Numbered from the stretch's first letter, positions 24,326 through 38,724 are shown. The stretch: 64,000 nt of DNA from Malacoraja senta (GCA_038087875.1 CM075987.1:26290001-26354000), one strand, 5' to 3'. Notes: generated from the letters alone by a model not told the origin. Numbers and translations: made by a program.

Positions 24326-24813
24326 TAACTGTGTAAATGTTCCTTAAGCGTTGGGAGAGTACCTGCCTCAACTACCTCCTCCGGCAGCCCCATTCCATAC
24401 ACCCACCACAACTTTGTGTGAAAAGTTACTCCTCAGGTTCTTATTAAATCTTCCCACCCCCTCACCTTAAACCTATGTCCTCTGGTTCTCAATACCCCCT
24501 ACTCTGGAGATATTGCATAAAGGCCCGAAGAACAGGTAAAAGTCAATGGCAATTTTATTGTGTATTGAAAGTGATTTTGTCAAGAAAAATGCATCTTAAA
24601 CATGCAATTTTATGGATGTATGAAATTGATTGGTAGACCATTACAAATTTTATGAAATATGTGCATTATTTAAATCAACCAGGATAATAGTGCAACACTC
24701 TTCAGCATCATGAGCTGAAGATATCAATAGCTTAAATTATTAAGGAAGTGAATATGAAAATGTATAATGACTAACATTTTAAAATGTTATGTAATGAACT
24801 AAAAAATAACTTG

Positions 24814-25166
24814 TTAAAGAAGGAACTGCAGATGCTGGAAAAATCGAAGGTACACAAAAATGCTGGAGAAACTCAGCGGGTGCAGCAGCATCTATGGAGC
24901 GAAGGAAATAGGCAACGTTTCGGGCCGAAACCCTTCTTCAGACTGATAGGGGGTGGGGAGAAGAAAGGAAAAAAGGAAAAAAGGAAAAAAGCGGAGGAGG
25001 AGCCCGAGGGCTGGGGGAGGGGAGGAGACAACCAGATGGCTGATGAAGGGGAGGGGACAGCAAGGGCTAGCAGAATTGGGAGAATTCAATGTTCAAACCC
25101 CAGGATGTAGACTGCCCAAGCGGAATATGAGGTGCATTTCCTCCCCAAGCGGAATATGAGGTGCAT
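24814..25166 (-). mobile_element. Young PLE 3' insertion with TSD and intact hammerhead-like core
   Basis: Nearly identical to 17987-18310; TSD aaaaataacttg at 24802-24813 and 25167-25178. Confidence 0.85.
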
Positions 25167-26060
25167 AAAAATAACTTGGTCGCTCTGATGTAACTCAGAC
25201 AGGCACAAAGTGCTGGAGTAACTCAGCGGGTCAGGCAGCATCTCTGGATAGAAGGAATGAGTGACGTTTCGGGTCGAGACCCTTCTTCAGACTGAGAGTC
25301 AGGGGAGAGAGAAACGAGAGCTGGGGAAGGTACAGGTGGTAACGTTGCTGCCTCACGGGTTCCATCCTAACTACGGGAGCTGTCGGGGACAACTTACATT
25401 TATACCGAGCCATTAACCTACAAACCCGAACGTCTTTGGAGTGTGGAGGAAACTGAAGATCTCGGAGAAAACCCACGCAGGTCACGGGGAGAACGTACAA
25501 ACTCTGTACACACAGCACCCGGAGTTGGGATCGAACCCAGGTCTCTGACGCTGTGAGGCAGCAACTCTACCGCTGCGCCACCGTTCAAGAAAATAAATTT
25601 CAGACTGACTCTCAGTGTGAAGAAGGGTCTCGACCAGAAACATCACTCATTCCTTCTATCCAGAGATGCTGCCTGACCCGCTGAGTTACTCCAGCTTTTT
25701 GGGTCTATCTTCGGTTTAAACCAGCGTCTGCGGTTCCTTCCAACACATTTAGAAACACAAGAGGTATTTGGGCTTGGAGTACATCCCAGTTGCTTCAGGC
25801 ATCTTGTGGCGTAGGCATCTGCACTGGCATCCCTCGTACAGCACAGCACCAAACCCACCGGGATTCAGATCCATGGGGGCTTCATTGCAAATTGGAATTA
25901 TGAATGCCAGATTGGATGCAACAAGCGTCTCCCCAAATTAGATGCAACGTCACCCTCACATCTGCCAACATTAACAAAGCCAGGTGCCTCGTATCTGAAG
26001 ATGATCTGGTTAAAGAGGCAATCTGTTCAGACAAGATGACCATTGCCGAGCCCACCCTGC

Positions 26061-27574
26061 CACACACGCGCACACACACACGTGCATGCAAACACACACA
26101 CACGCGCATGCACGCACACACACACACACACACATGCACACACACACACACGGTCGCACGCACACAAACACACACGCACGCACACACATACACGCACGCA
26201 CGCTCACACACACACACGAACACACACACGCACGCACACACATACACGCACGCACGCTCACACACACACACGAACACACACACACACACACACACGCGCA
26301 TGCACACACACACACACGCGCATGCACGCACACACACACGAACACACACGCACGTACACGCACACACACACACACGCACACACAAACACACACACACGCA
26401 CACACACACACGCACACACACACGCATGCACGCACACACACACGAACACACATGCACTTACACACACACACACGCACACACATACACGCACGCACGCGCA
26501 CACACACACACGAACACACACGCACACACATACACGCACGCACGCTCACACACACACACGAACACACACACGCACGCACACACATACACGCACGCACGCG
26601 CACACACACACACGAACACACACGCACACACACGCACGCACATACACACAAACACACGCGCACGCACACATGTGCATGCATGCACGCACACACATACACA
26701 CACACGAATACATACGCACATACACACACGCACGCACACATACGCACGCACATACACACACGCACATAATCACACGCACAAAACACACACACACGCACAT
26801 ACACACAAACACACACGCACGCACACACACGCACACGCACACACACGCACGCACACACATACGGTCGCACGCACACAAACACAGACGCACGCACACACAT
26901 ACACGCACGCACGCTCACACACACACGAACACACACACACACGCACGTACACACATACACGCACGCACGCTCACACACACACACGAACACACACACACAC
27001 ACACACACGCGCATGCACACACACACACACGCGCATGCACGCACACACACACGAACACACACGCACGTACACGCACACACACACACACGCACACACAAAC
27101 ACACACACACGCACACACACACACGCACACACACACGCATGCATGCACACACACACGAACACACATGCACTTACACACACACACACACGCACACACATAC
27201 ACGCACGCACGCGCACATACACACACGAACACACACGCACGCACATACACACAAACACACACGCACGCACACATGTGCATGCATGCACGCACACACATAC
27301 ACACACACGAATACATATGCACATACACACACGCACGCACACATACGCACGCACATACACACACGCACATAATCACACGCACAAAACACACACACACGCA
27401 CATACACACAAACACACATGCACGCACACACACACACACACGTACACACACGCACACGCACGCACACACGCACACACACACAAACACATATGCACACACA
27501 CACGCACGCACACACAAACACACACGCAAGCACACACACACGTACACGTACACACGCATACACACACAAACACA

Positions 27575-27613
<39 letters not shown>

Positions 27614-27646
27614 ACACACACACACATGCAGGCATGTATACACAAG
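26061..27646. repeat. Complex (CA)n microsatellite array with higher-order duplication
   Basis: Diagnostic variants recur: cggtcgcacg at 26151/26862, catgcactta at 26451/27164, aatcacacgc at 26768/27371. Confidence 0.95.
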
Positions 27647-28047
27647 CACCCTCCCCTCCCCCTCTCCCCCTCCCCCTCCCCCACACCGACCACTCCGAAT
27701 CCTGGGCCCCTCCACTGTCAGAGTGAAGCTAAACACAACTTAGCTGCCACTGACAAAACTGCCTCGAGTCGCTTGTCACCATTGGACTGTCGTTAATACC
27801 AGCATCTAAATGAAAATCAAAGCTTTAAGTCTGTAGATGAGACAATTTTCCCTTTCACCTAAGTGTTTCAAGTCTTGCTGACACTTTGGGTAAGATAGGC
27901 CGGGACTGGATTTGCTTGTTTCCCTGACAACACATCATGATAGCTTGTCCTTGGAGTTGGCATTGAATGAGAGAGTGGAGAATGACAAACTTGCCAGCAT
28001 TGGGTTACCTCAATTTCTGCACAGCAGTGAACGAAGAGGTTCTATTA

Positions 28048-28308
28048 TAGTTTAGTTTAGAGATACAACCAGCCACCCCCGCACACTAACACTATCCTAC
28101 ACACACCAGGGACAATTTACATTTATACCAAGCCAATTAACCTACAAACCTGCACGTCTTTGGAGTGTGGGAGGAAACCGAAGATCCCGGAGAAAATCCA
28201 CGCAGGTCACGGGGAGAACGTACAAACTCCGTAAAGACAGCACCCGTAGTCGGGATCGAACCCGGGTCTCTGGCGCTGTAAGGCAGCAACTCTACCACTG
28301 TGCCACCC
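28048..28308 (-). mobile_element. V-domain SINE
   Basis: Head, core and tail. Confidence 0.85.
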
Positions 28309-28359
28309 TGCTGTTTTATGGGTATACTCAATATTTTACCTACACCTCCATCACAATTG

Positions 28360-28648
28360 GGATGGCGAGGTGGCGCAGCGGTAGAGTTGCTGCCTTACAA
28401 TGCATACAGCGCCAGAGACTCGGGTATGATCCTAACTACGGGTGCTGTCTGTACGGAGTTCGTAGGTTCTCCCTTGACCTGCGTGGGTTTTTTCTGGGTG
28501 CTCCGGTTTCCTCCCACGCTCCAAAGACGTACAGGTTTGTAGGTTAAATTGTCCCTAGTGTAAATGTTTGAGGATCGCTGGTCGGCGCGGACTCAGTGGG
28601 CCAAAGGGCCTGTTTCCACGCTGAATCTCTAAACTAGACTAAACTAAA
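28360..28648 (+). mobile_element. V-domain SINE
   Basis: Head with a 9-nt insertion, core, (aaact)n tail. Confidence 0.85.
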
Positions 28649-29024
28649 TCCAGAAAGCAAGACAATCGACAAATCCCAAGGAGTTTAGCAATTGAGTGTG
28701 AAGATCAATGTGGCACGTAGAAATACACTTAATTTTTGTGGGTAGGAAGGTTCAGAAAACTAGGCCAAGTAATTCTAATTTGAACAGGAGAGAATCATTG
28801 TGCTGCATAATTATCTGCATAGTTTGGGAAACTCGCTGATTAACAAAAGACCAGAGCTGTTTAGCTCACAGATTCTTTCTCTGTGGAGAGTGGTGCAATA
28901 TTCTTACCGAAGATAGACTCAAAGTGCTGGGGTAACTCAGCGGGACAGGCAGCATCTCTGGAGAAAAAGGATGGGTGACGTTTCGGGTCGGGACCCTACC
29001 TACAGACTGAAAGTAGAGGGGAGG

Positions 29025-29490
29025 GGGGGACTGTCATATGCTGAGAGAACGGAGGGGCTGGGCTTGTACACTCTGGAATTTAGAAGGATGAAAGGGCATC
29101 TTATTGAAACATATAAGATTATTAAGGGTTTGGACACGCTAGAGGCAGGAAACATGTTCCCGGTGTTGGGGGAGTCCAGAACCAGGGGCCACACAGTTTA
29201 AGAATAAGGAGTAAGCCATTTAGAACGGAGACGAGGAAACACTTTTTCTCACAGAGAGTGGTGAGTCTGTGGAATTCTCTGCCTCAGAGGGCGGTGGAGG
29301 CAGGTTCTCTGGATGCTTTCAAGAGGGAGCTAGATAGGGCTCTTAAAAATAGCGGAGTCAGGGGATATGGGGAGAAGGCAGGAACGGGATACTGATTGGG
29401 GATGATCAGCCATGATCACATTGAATGGCGGTGCTGGCTCGAAGGGCTGAATGGCCTACTCCTGCACCTATTGTCTACTGTCTATTGTCA
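29025..29490 (+). mobile_element. CR1 LINE 3' fragment
   Basis: GLSYAERTEGLGLYTLEFRRMKGHLIETYKIIKGLDTLEAGNMFP; (ttgtcta) tail. Confidence 0.9.
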
Positions 29491-29794
29491 CTGTGATGGA
29501 TGTTTATGTTAAATTCTATTGTGTATTGTGCTCTTTTTGATTGTGTGGCTGCATGGTAATTCTTTTCACTGTACCTTAATTGGGTGCATGTGACATTAAT
29601 GTGAACCTTGAACTTTGAACCTTGTACCTAGAACCTTGTACCTTGAACCTTGAACCTTGAAAAGCAAATGGCAACTAAATATTGATTGAATCCTGGCATC
29701 TACCTTCACATAAACATAAATTGCTGAACTAACTCGACGGGCCAGGCAGTATCTCTGAGGAATGGATAGGTGACATTTTGGGTCGGTCCCTTTG

Positions 29795-30090
29795 AGTTTA
29801 TTTAGTTTAGTGATACAGCGCGGAAACAGGCCCTTCGGCCCACTTGGTCCGCGCCGACCAGCGATCCCCGCACACTAACACTACCCGACACACACTGGGG
29901 ACAATTTATATTTACACCAAGCCAATTAACCTGCAAACCTGTACGTCTTTGGAGTGTGGGAGGAAACCGAAGATCTCAGAGAAAACCCACGCAGGTCACG
30001 GGGAGAACGTCCAAACTCCGTACAGACAACGCCCATAGACGGGATCGAACCAGGGTCTCAGGCGCTGAAAGACAGCAACTCTACGGTTGC
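29795..30090 (-). mobile_element. V-domain SINE
   Basis: Core and tail match. Confidence 0.8.
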
Positions 30091-30494
30091 CTTCAGTCCT
30101 CCAGCAGTGGGCTATTGTCCCCATTCTTGCCTTGCAGCTTTGGCTCCCAAGATGCTGCTGTTTTGACTGAAGATTTCGTGCATCATTACAACATACTTTT
30201 CTCTTGCATCTTGCGACATTTGATCTTTGCTTAGATTTCATGCTTTGAGATTTCTTTTTAAAGCAGAACATTTTCATCTTGTGGAAATTGTGAGTTTCAG
30301 TTAAAAGAACAACTCTAACTAGGATATCAATAATGGGGCCGCACGGTGGCGCAGCGGTAGAGTTGCTGCCTCACAGCGCCAGAGACACGGGTTCGATCGT
30401 GACTACGGGTGCTTGTCTGTATGGAGTTTGGGGGGGGTGATCTCTTATAGTTTACAAGATAGTAAGGGGGATAGATCGGGTAGACGCACAGAAG

Positions 30495-30805
30495 GCAGCA
30501 CGGTGGCCCAGCGGTGGAGTTACTGCCTTATAGCGATTGCAGCACCGGAGACCCTGGTTCGATCCTGACTCTGGGTACTATCTGTACGGAGTTCGTACGT
30601 TCTCCCCGTGACCTGCGTGGGTTTTCTCCGAGATCTTCGGTTTCCTCCCACACTCCAAAGACGTACAGGTTTGTAGGTTAATTGGCTTGGTACAAGTATA
30701 AATTGTCCCGAGTGTGTGTAGCATAGTGTTAATGTGCGGGGATCGCTGGTTGGCGCGGACCCGGTGGGCCGAAGGGCCTGTTTCCACGCTGTATCTCTAA
30801 ATCCA
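30495..30805 (+). mobile_element. V-domain SINE
   Basis: Full-length-like copy. Confidence 0.85.
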
Positions 30806-30807
30806 AA

Positions 30808-31012
30808 AACTCAGCGGGACAGGCAGCATCTCTGGAGAGAAGAAATAGGTGACGTTTCAGGTTGAGACCCTTCTGCTTCAGAAGAAGAAGGGTCTCCACC
30901 CGAAACGTCACCTATCCTTTCTCTCCAAAGACGCTGCCTGTCCCGCTGAGTTACTGCGGCATTTTAGTGTCTATCTTTGGTGTAAACCAGCATCTGCAGT
31001 TCCTTCCTACAC
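30808..31012. mobile_element. PLE fold-back mini-element
   Basis: Inverted tail copies joined at gagacccttctgcttcagaagaagaagggtctc. Confidence 0.8.
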
Positions 31013-31574
31013 TAACGATAAACGCTCCCTGACTCGCCCGCACCGCCACAAGCCACAAGCCACAGAGGTCACATTTTGAGGACATCTATATTATTGTGCC
31101 ACTAGATTCCAATTGCTGTGCAGTCATTACCCAAACAGACAAGATTAATTGAAGCCGACATTTATGTTCATGAATTAGTCAGAAAGAGGCACCATTGCTG
31201 TAATTATATTATGGTTATGATGTAGTTAATATTCATGTTTTGTCTCTGATTCCTATCTCACAAACAAACCAGGAGTACTCTCAAGTTCATAATAAGATTC
31301 TAGAATGTTCCTCTTAATATACCAAACACAAACAATTTGGGCTTTATGCGAATCGAGGCATAATGATTTACAAATCAACCATGCATTTTCAGCCGATTAT
31401 CGTGTTTTAAAATATATTTAATTATCACAAAGCCACGTCCCTTCCACCTTGTTATTTGAGGGAACGTTTCCAATTACCGATCTTAACCACTTGGTAAGAT
31501 AACTCACGTCACCAACAAAGTCTTCTTTAACATTTAAAATAAAAGACTTTATACCTCTGCAAAGGAATTGAATT

Positions 31575-32703
31575 GAAAGGGACAGCGTGGAAACAGGCAC
31601 TTCGGCCCATTGAGCCCATACTGACTATCGATCATCACCCATTCACATTGATTCCATGCTATCCCACTTTCTCATCCATACCCTACAGACTGGGGGCAGT
31701 TTACAGAGGGCCAATTAACCTGCAAACCTGCACGTCCTTGGAGTGTGAGAGGATACCGGAGCACCCGGAGAAAACCCACGTGGTCACGGAGAGAACGAAC
31801 AAGCTCCACGTAGACAGCACCCGTGGTCGGGATGGAACCCGGGTCTCTGTCGCTGTAAGGCAGCAACTCTACCGCTCTGTACCGTGCCACCTCTCTCTGC
31901 TTCAAACTACAGTAAACTCCTGTCGCTAGATTGTCTGGGTGTAGAATCAGGAGTTGTAGAGTCATCAATGTGGAAACAGGCCCTTTGACCAAACTTGGCT
32001 ATGCTAAATAATGTCTGTAAAATCGCTAGTCCCATCTTCCTGTATTTGGTCCATATCCCTATCTCAGCTTAGTTTAGTTTAGTGTAGAGATACAGCGCAG
32101 AAACAGGCCCATTGGCCCACTGAGACCACACCGACCACCGATCCCCGCATAGTTGCACAATCCTACACACTAGGGACAATTTACAATGTTACCAAAGCCA
32201 ATTAACCTACAAACCTGTACGTCTTTGGAGTGTGAGAGGAAACCGGAGCACCCGGAGAAAACCCAGGCGGCCACAGGGAGAACGTACAAACTCCGTACAG
32301 ACAGCTCGTTGACTATATCCAGACAATCCAGTCGTAGTTTACTGCAGTTTGCAGCTGAGCAAACAGTTTTCCCTTTGAAAGTGTGCACAAGACATGTGGC
32401 GGCACGGTGGCTCAGCGGTAGAGTTGCAGCCTCACAGCGCAAGAGACCCGGGTTCGATCCCGACTACGGGTGCTGTCTGTCCAGAGTTTGTACGTTCTCC
32501 CCGTGGCCTGCGTGGGTTTTCTCCGAGATCTCCGGTTTCCTGCCACACTCCAAAGTCGTACAGGTTTGTAGGTTAATTAACTTGCTAAAATTGTAGATTG
32601 TCCCTAGTGTGTAGGATAGCGCTAGTGCGCGGGGATCGCTGGTCGGTGCGGACACAGTTGGCCGATGGGCCGGTTCCGCGCTATATCTCTAAACTAAACT
32701 AAG
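31575..32703. mobile_element. Cluster of three V-domain SINEs (31575-31890 -, 32065-32305 -, 32398-32703 +)
   Basis: Core and tail matches. Confidence 0.8.
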
Positions 32704-32834
32704 ATAGGGAAACGGACCAAATGCAGGAAAATGGGACTATGTTGGTCAGCATGAATAGGTCAGGTCATTCTATGTCCAGACAATCCAGTGGACGGAGTCT
32801 ACTGTACTTTGCAGCTGAGGGAGATAGTTTTCCC

Positions 32835-33920
32835 TATGATGAGCGTTTGACAGCTCTGGGCCTGTACTCGCTGGAGTTTAGAAGAATGGGGGGGGACCTC
32901 ATTGAAACGTACAGAATAGTGAAAGGCTTAGAGAGAGTGGATGTGGAGTGGATGTTTCTACTAGTGGGAGAGTCTACAACCAGAGGTCACAGCCTCAGAA
33001 TTAAAGGACATTCTTCTAGGAAGGAAATGAGGAATTTCCCTAGTCAAAATGGCAGTGAATCTGTGGAATTCTTTGCAACAGATGGCTGTGGAGGCCAAGT
33101 CAGTGGATATTTTGAAGGCAGAGATAGAAAGAGGTTATGGGGAGAAGGCAGGAGAATGGGGTCAGGAGGAAGAGATAGATCAGACACGATTGAATGGCGG
33201 AGTAGACTTGATGGGCCGAATGGTTCAAGTTCAAGTTCGAATTTATTGTCAGATGTACCAATTAAGGCACAGTGATATTTGAGTTACCATAGCCATACTA
33301 AATAAAAGTATGCCACATAAAATAAAATTTAACATAAACACCCACCACAGCGGAATCCACATTCCTTACCATGACGGAAGGTAATAAAGTTCAATCATCT
33401 TGAGGAAGGACATTCTTGCTATTGAGGGAGTGCAGCGTAGGTTTACAAGGTTAATTCCCGGGATGGCGGGACTGTCATATGCTGAGAGAATGGAGCAGCT
33501 GGGCTTGTATACTCTGGAGTTTAGAAGGATGAGTGGGCATCTTATTGATACATATAAGATTATTAAGGGTTTCGACACGCTAGAGGCAGGAAACATGTTC
33601 CCGATGTTGGGGGAGTCCAGATCCAGGGGCCACAGTTTAAGAATAAGGGGTAAGCCATTTTGAACGGACACTTTTTCACACAGAGAGTGGTGAGTGTGGA
33701 ATTCGCTGTCTCAGAGGGCGTTGGAGGCCGGTTCTCTGGATGCGTTCAAGCAAGAGAGCTAGATAGGGCTCTTAAAAATAGCGGAGTCAGGGGCTATGGG
33801 GAGAAGGCAGGAACGGGGTACTGATTGGGGATGATCAGCCATGATCACATTGAATGGCAGTGCTGGCTCGAAGGGCCGAATGGCCTACTCCTGCACCTAT
33901 TGTCTGTTGTCTATTGTCTA
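32835..33920 (+). mobile_element. Two CR1 3' fragments of different subfamilies (32835-33225; 33400-33920)
   Basis: YDERLTALGLYSLEFRR; RKDILAIEGVQRRFTRLIPGMAGLSYAER. Confidence 0.9.
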
Positions 33921-34084
33921 AGGCAATTCTGCTCCTCTCACTTGTGATCTTGTGAAAGTGTGTACAAGACCCATGTGATTATTTCACAGGTACGTAGGTT
34001 TGTGGTCCTGACTAACACCTCCAGCACAAGAAGCGTCCACGTCCAATTTAGCCTCCCCTTATTTTGATGACTGGAATTGGCCGT

Positions 34085-34098
34085 GTTACCATGGAAAC
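34085..34098. promoter_or_regulatory. RFX X-box-like motif
   Basis: GTTACCATGGAAAC fits GTTNCCATGGNAAC in unique DNA; motif match only. Confidence 0.3.
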
Positions 34099-34251
34099 AG
34101 CTATTTATCAGACTGGAGCAAAAATGTATGGGCTCAGCACTAGCTTCAACTATCTGTGACATGCTCTAATGATGTGAAACTGGATGTACGAGGAACAATT
34201 TGAAAGACTGCAGCGGCCACATAATGTGGGAGGATCATCAGCAGTTTGTAA

Positions 34252-34663
34252 ATAGTTCAGTTAGTTTATTGTCACATGTCCCGAGGTACAGTGAAAAGCT
34301 TTTGTTGCATGCTAACTGGTCAGCGGAAAGACAATACATGATTACAATTAAGCCATTTTCAGTGTACAGATACATGATAAGGGAATAACATTTAGTGCAA
34401 GGTAAAGCCATTGATGTCCGATCAAAGATAGTCCGAGGGTCTCCAATGAGGTACATAGTAGTTCGGGACTGCTCTCAGGTTGTGGTAGGATGGTTCAGTT
34501 GCCTGATAACAGCTGGGAAGAAACTGTCTCTGATTCTGGAGGTGTGCATTTTCACACTTCTGTAGCTTTTGCCCGATGGGAGAGGGGAGAAGAGGGAGTG
34601 GCCAAGGCTGCGATTCGTCTTTGATTATGCTGCTGGCCTTGCCGAGGCAGCGCGAGGTATACA
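34252..34663 (-). mobile_element. Rex1/Babar LINE 3' end
   Basis: YTSRCLGKASSIIKDES.. and family tail. Confidence 0.8.
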
Positions 34664-34771
34664 TTGTGACAGATTTCAGATTTCGGACTGGTGAGGCAGA
34701 CTGATGGATGACTGATGGAATCTAATATAATACAGAGCAAAATAAAGGAGAAATTACATAAACTATCCCTT

Positions 34772-35635
34772 GTGTAGGAAGGAAATTCAGATACTGGTTT
34801 CCACCGAAGATAGACACAAAATGCAGGAGTAACTCAGAGGGTCAGGCAGCATCACTGGATAGAAGGAATAGGTGACATTTCGGGTCGAGACTGAGAGTCA
34901 GGGGAGAGAGAAACTAGAGATATGAAAAGGTACAGAACAAATCAAAGCCAGCACCAATGGCCAAGGAGCCCACAATGGTCCATTGTTGGCTGCATTAGAG
35001 GTGATAACGTGGGGATACGAACAATGGAACTAGCAGGATGACTAGGGAGGGGAGGGATGGAGGGAGAGGGAAAGCTAGGGTTATTTTAAGTTATTTTAAG
35101 TTAGATAAATCAAAACTCATACCTCTGGATTGTAAAAGAAGTTTTAAAGAAGGAACTGCAGATGCTGGAAAATCGAAGGTACACAAAAATGCTGGAGAAA
35201 CTCAGCGGGTGCAGCAGCATCTATGGAGCTTTTTCCTATTTCCTTCGCTCCATAGATGCTGCTGCACCCGCTGAGTTTCTCCAGCATTTTTGTGTACCTC
35301 TGGATTGTAAGCTGCCCAAGCGAAATGCTAGGTTCTGTTCCTCCAATTTGCATTGGTCCTCACTCTGACAGTGGAGGAAGCCCAGGACAGTGTGGGAATG
35401 GGAAGGGGAATTAAAGTGTTTGGCAATCAGAAGATCAGGTAGGTTTAGGCGGACTGAGCGGAGGCGTTCAGCGAAACGATCGCCCAGCCTGCGCTTGGTC
35501 TCGCCGATATACAGGTGTCTACACCTAGAACAAACGATACAGTCGATGAGGTTGGAGGATGTACAGGTGAACCTCTGCCTCACCTGAAAGGACTGCCGGA
35601 GTCCCTGGATGGAGTCGAGCGAGGAGGTATAGGGA
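34772..35635 (-). mobile_element. PLE 3' portion with GIY-YIG domain, carrying a nested fold-back insertion (35136-35294)
   Basis: RQRFTCTSSNLIDCIVCSRCRHLYIGETKRRLGDRFAE..KHFNSPSHS; nested TSD tacctctggattgtaa at 35120-35135 and 35295-35310. Confidence 0.9.
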
Positions 35636-37754
35636 CCAATAGGTGTTTGGCAGCTTTATTGGGGGCAGCTGGGACTACTGTAGTTGGGACACGTTGGTCG
35701 GTGTGGGCAAGTTGGGCCGAAGGGCCTGTTTCCATGCTGTATTTCTCCATGACTCTATTAACATTTAGCCAGGATGAATTACACACGCACTTTGTCCCTT
35801 TGTCCTTATCAGAAGAGCATTACTCCAGTGCCAAGAAACAATTAAGAAAAAATATTCTCTCCTTAAGAAAGCACTTTTCCCACAAATGTCCTCAAGTTGT
35901 TCTAATCAAGCCCATGTCATGGCTCCTTTATACAAAGCACTATGCTTGTCATTCATTGTAATTGCCTTCATTTCCCACTAATAGATATGCTTTAAACCAT
36001 CTTTTACTGAGGTAATAACTGACCTTTAAACATTAGAGGGAAAGAAGTAGATTTTTTCTTCGTGGCAGCTATATGTTCAGCTGCTTGACAAACGCTTTTA
36101 GCTTTAACTCTTGACAGATGAAGGATTGCTTGCCCATAAACCCAATAATATTTACAGATCGTTTCTGAACAGATAAAGAAAGGACCTTGGTCTGATGGGG
36201 ACATTCAAGAAACATAGCTCGCTACAATAGAAAGGATGACTGAAGGCAAAAAATGCTGGAGTAACTCAGCGGGACAGGCAGCATCTCTGGAGAGAAGGAA
36301 TGGGTGACGTTTCGGGTCGAGACCCCTCTTCAGACTGAAAGTCGGGGGAGAGGGAAGCAAGTGATATTGACGGTGATTTCGAGAGATGTAGAACAAATGA
36401 ATGGAAGATATGCAAAGACTATTACCTTACCGAAGTCAATTAACCTATAAACCCGGCGTCTTTAGAGTGTGGGAGGAAACTGGAGCTCCCGTAGAAAACC
36501 CACGCAGGTCACGGGGAGAACATACAAACTCCATACAGACAGCACCCTTAGCCGGGATCTTCAGTCTGAAGAAGAGTCACCCATTCCTTAACTGCAGAGA
36601 TGTTGCCTGTCCCGCTGAGTTAGTTTGAGTTTGGTTTAGTTTAGTTTAGAGATACAGGGCCCTTCGGCCCACTGAGTCCGCGCCACCCAGCGATCCTTGC
36701 ACATTAACACTACACTACACAAACTAGGGACAAATTTACATTGATACCATGCCAATTAACCTACAAACCTGTACGTTTTTGGAGTGCGGGAGGAAACCAA
36801 AGATCCAGCTTTTTGTGTCCATCTGGGTTAAACCAGCATCTGCAGTTCCTTCCTCCACAAAGGATGAAAGCACTTCATTTTTTGAAGTCGTATCTTCACT
36901 GATCATTAATGCGACCTCCTTGGTATATTTTCGATAACAGTGTAGCATGCACCATTAAAAACAAAATCAGGCAGCATTATCTAGAGAACTGAACCTCACT
37001 TACAGCATTTCTTCATCAGTGCATCGGTTTATCAACTGAATAAACATGCAGTGGTTGTTAGCTCATTGAGATTAAATTCAGAATCCTCCATTGACATCAA
37101 CACGTTAGAGAAAGCCCAACTAATTCACTCAAACAGAACAAGCAGAAATGAATCACCGACTCCTTTACTAAACAAGAGCGGATTAAGGGATTTTATTCAC
37201 TAGTTTAAAACTTGCAAAATAAAATGCCAAAAGAGGGAGGAGGGGAGGGATGGGGTGGGTGGGGGCAGTACAAAGGGGGACCCGCCATGGGATATGTGAA
37301 TGTTTCAGGGATGTAACGCTGAGGCTCTACAAGGCGCTGGTCAGGTCACATTTGGAATATTGTGAGCAATTTTGAGCACCGTATCTGAGGAAGGATGTGC
37401 TGGCTCTGGAGAGGGTCCAGAGGAGGTTTACAAGAACGATCCCAGGAATGAGTAGGTTAACATACGATCAGCGCTTGTCGGCACTGGGCCTGTACTCGCT
37501 GGAGTTTAGAAGAAGTCAAGTCAAGAGAATGTATTGTCATGTGTCCCAGATAGGTCAATGACATTCTAGCTTTGCTGCAGCATAACAGAATATTGTAGGC
37601 ATTAATAAATACAGATCAGTGTGACCTTATACCATAGAATATGAACCACTGTTGGATAACATTAGTACCTCCACCAATGTAAAGCACTTTGGTCAACGAG
37701 AGTTGTTTTTTAAATGTGGTATAGAAATAAAAGTGACTTGACTTGACTTGACCC

Positions 37755-38183
37755 ACATACTCGCTAGAATTTAGGAGATTGAGAGGGGATCTTATAGAAA
37801 CGTACAAAATTCTTATGGGGTTGGACAGGCTAGATGCAGGAAGATTGTTCCCGATGTTGGGGAAGTCCAGGACAAGGGGTCACAGCTTAAGGATAAGGGG
37901 GAAATCCTTTAAGACCGAGATGAGGAAAAACGTTTTCACACAGAGAGTGGTGAATCTCTGGAACTCTCTGCCACAGAGGGTAGTTGAGGCCAGTTCATTG
38001 GCTATATTTAAGAGGGAGTTAGATGTGGCCCTTGTGGCTAAAGGGATCAGGGGGTATGGAGAGAAGGCAGGTACGGGATACTGAGTTGGATGATCAGCCA
38101 TGATCATATTGAAAGGCGGTGCAGGCTCGAAGGGCCGAATGGCCTACCCCTGCACCTATTTTCTATGTATCTATGTATCTATA
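37755..38183 (+). mobile_element. CR1 LINE 3' end with open frame
   Basis: RGDLIETYKILMGLDRLDAGRLFPMLGKSRTRGH..GYGEKAGTGY*. Confidence 0.9.
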
Positions 38184-38724
38184 ATTACAGGCAGACAAGA
38201 TTTAAAGGCAAATGCCATAATTTATAACACACTAAGTTAAGCCAAATGGCCACTACACTTATCACCTGATGACCACCATGAGGAGGGGAAAAACATAGGA
38301 GGACCTGGTGCGGGATACTTTGTGTCTTTGACGGTGCCCTTTATGTGTCGGCTCTTTGCATACCTCGGGCAATGCAAAACAAAGAATGTTACTCCAACTT
38401 GTTACATGTGTCAATAAATTATTCAAAATGTGAAGGAAGGAACCGCAGATGCTGTAAATAGCCCCCTAGTGTGTAGGATGGGATAACCATAGACCTCAAG
38501 TACTGGTGCGTAAGAAGATACTGCTGACGCTAGTTCACACCGAAGATGGACAAAAAAAAGCGGCAGCAACTCAGCAGGACAGGCGGCATCTCTGGAGAGA
38601 AGGAACGGGTGACGTTATGAGTCGAGACCCCTCTTCAGACAATTATGCTAAAGAATGTAGAGGTGTACAAGTTCATGGGGGCATCAGATAAGGTGAATGC
38701 ACGGAAAACAAAATGCAAAAATAA

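Noticed and set aside
25882..27796. 630 aa His/Thr-rich and overlapping Cys/Val-rich ORFs
   Set aside because: Translations of a (CA)n/(TG)n array, which lacks stop codons in most frames
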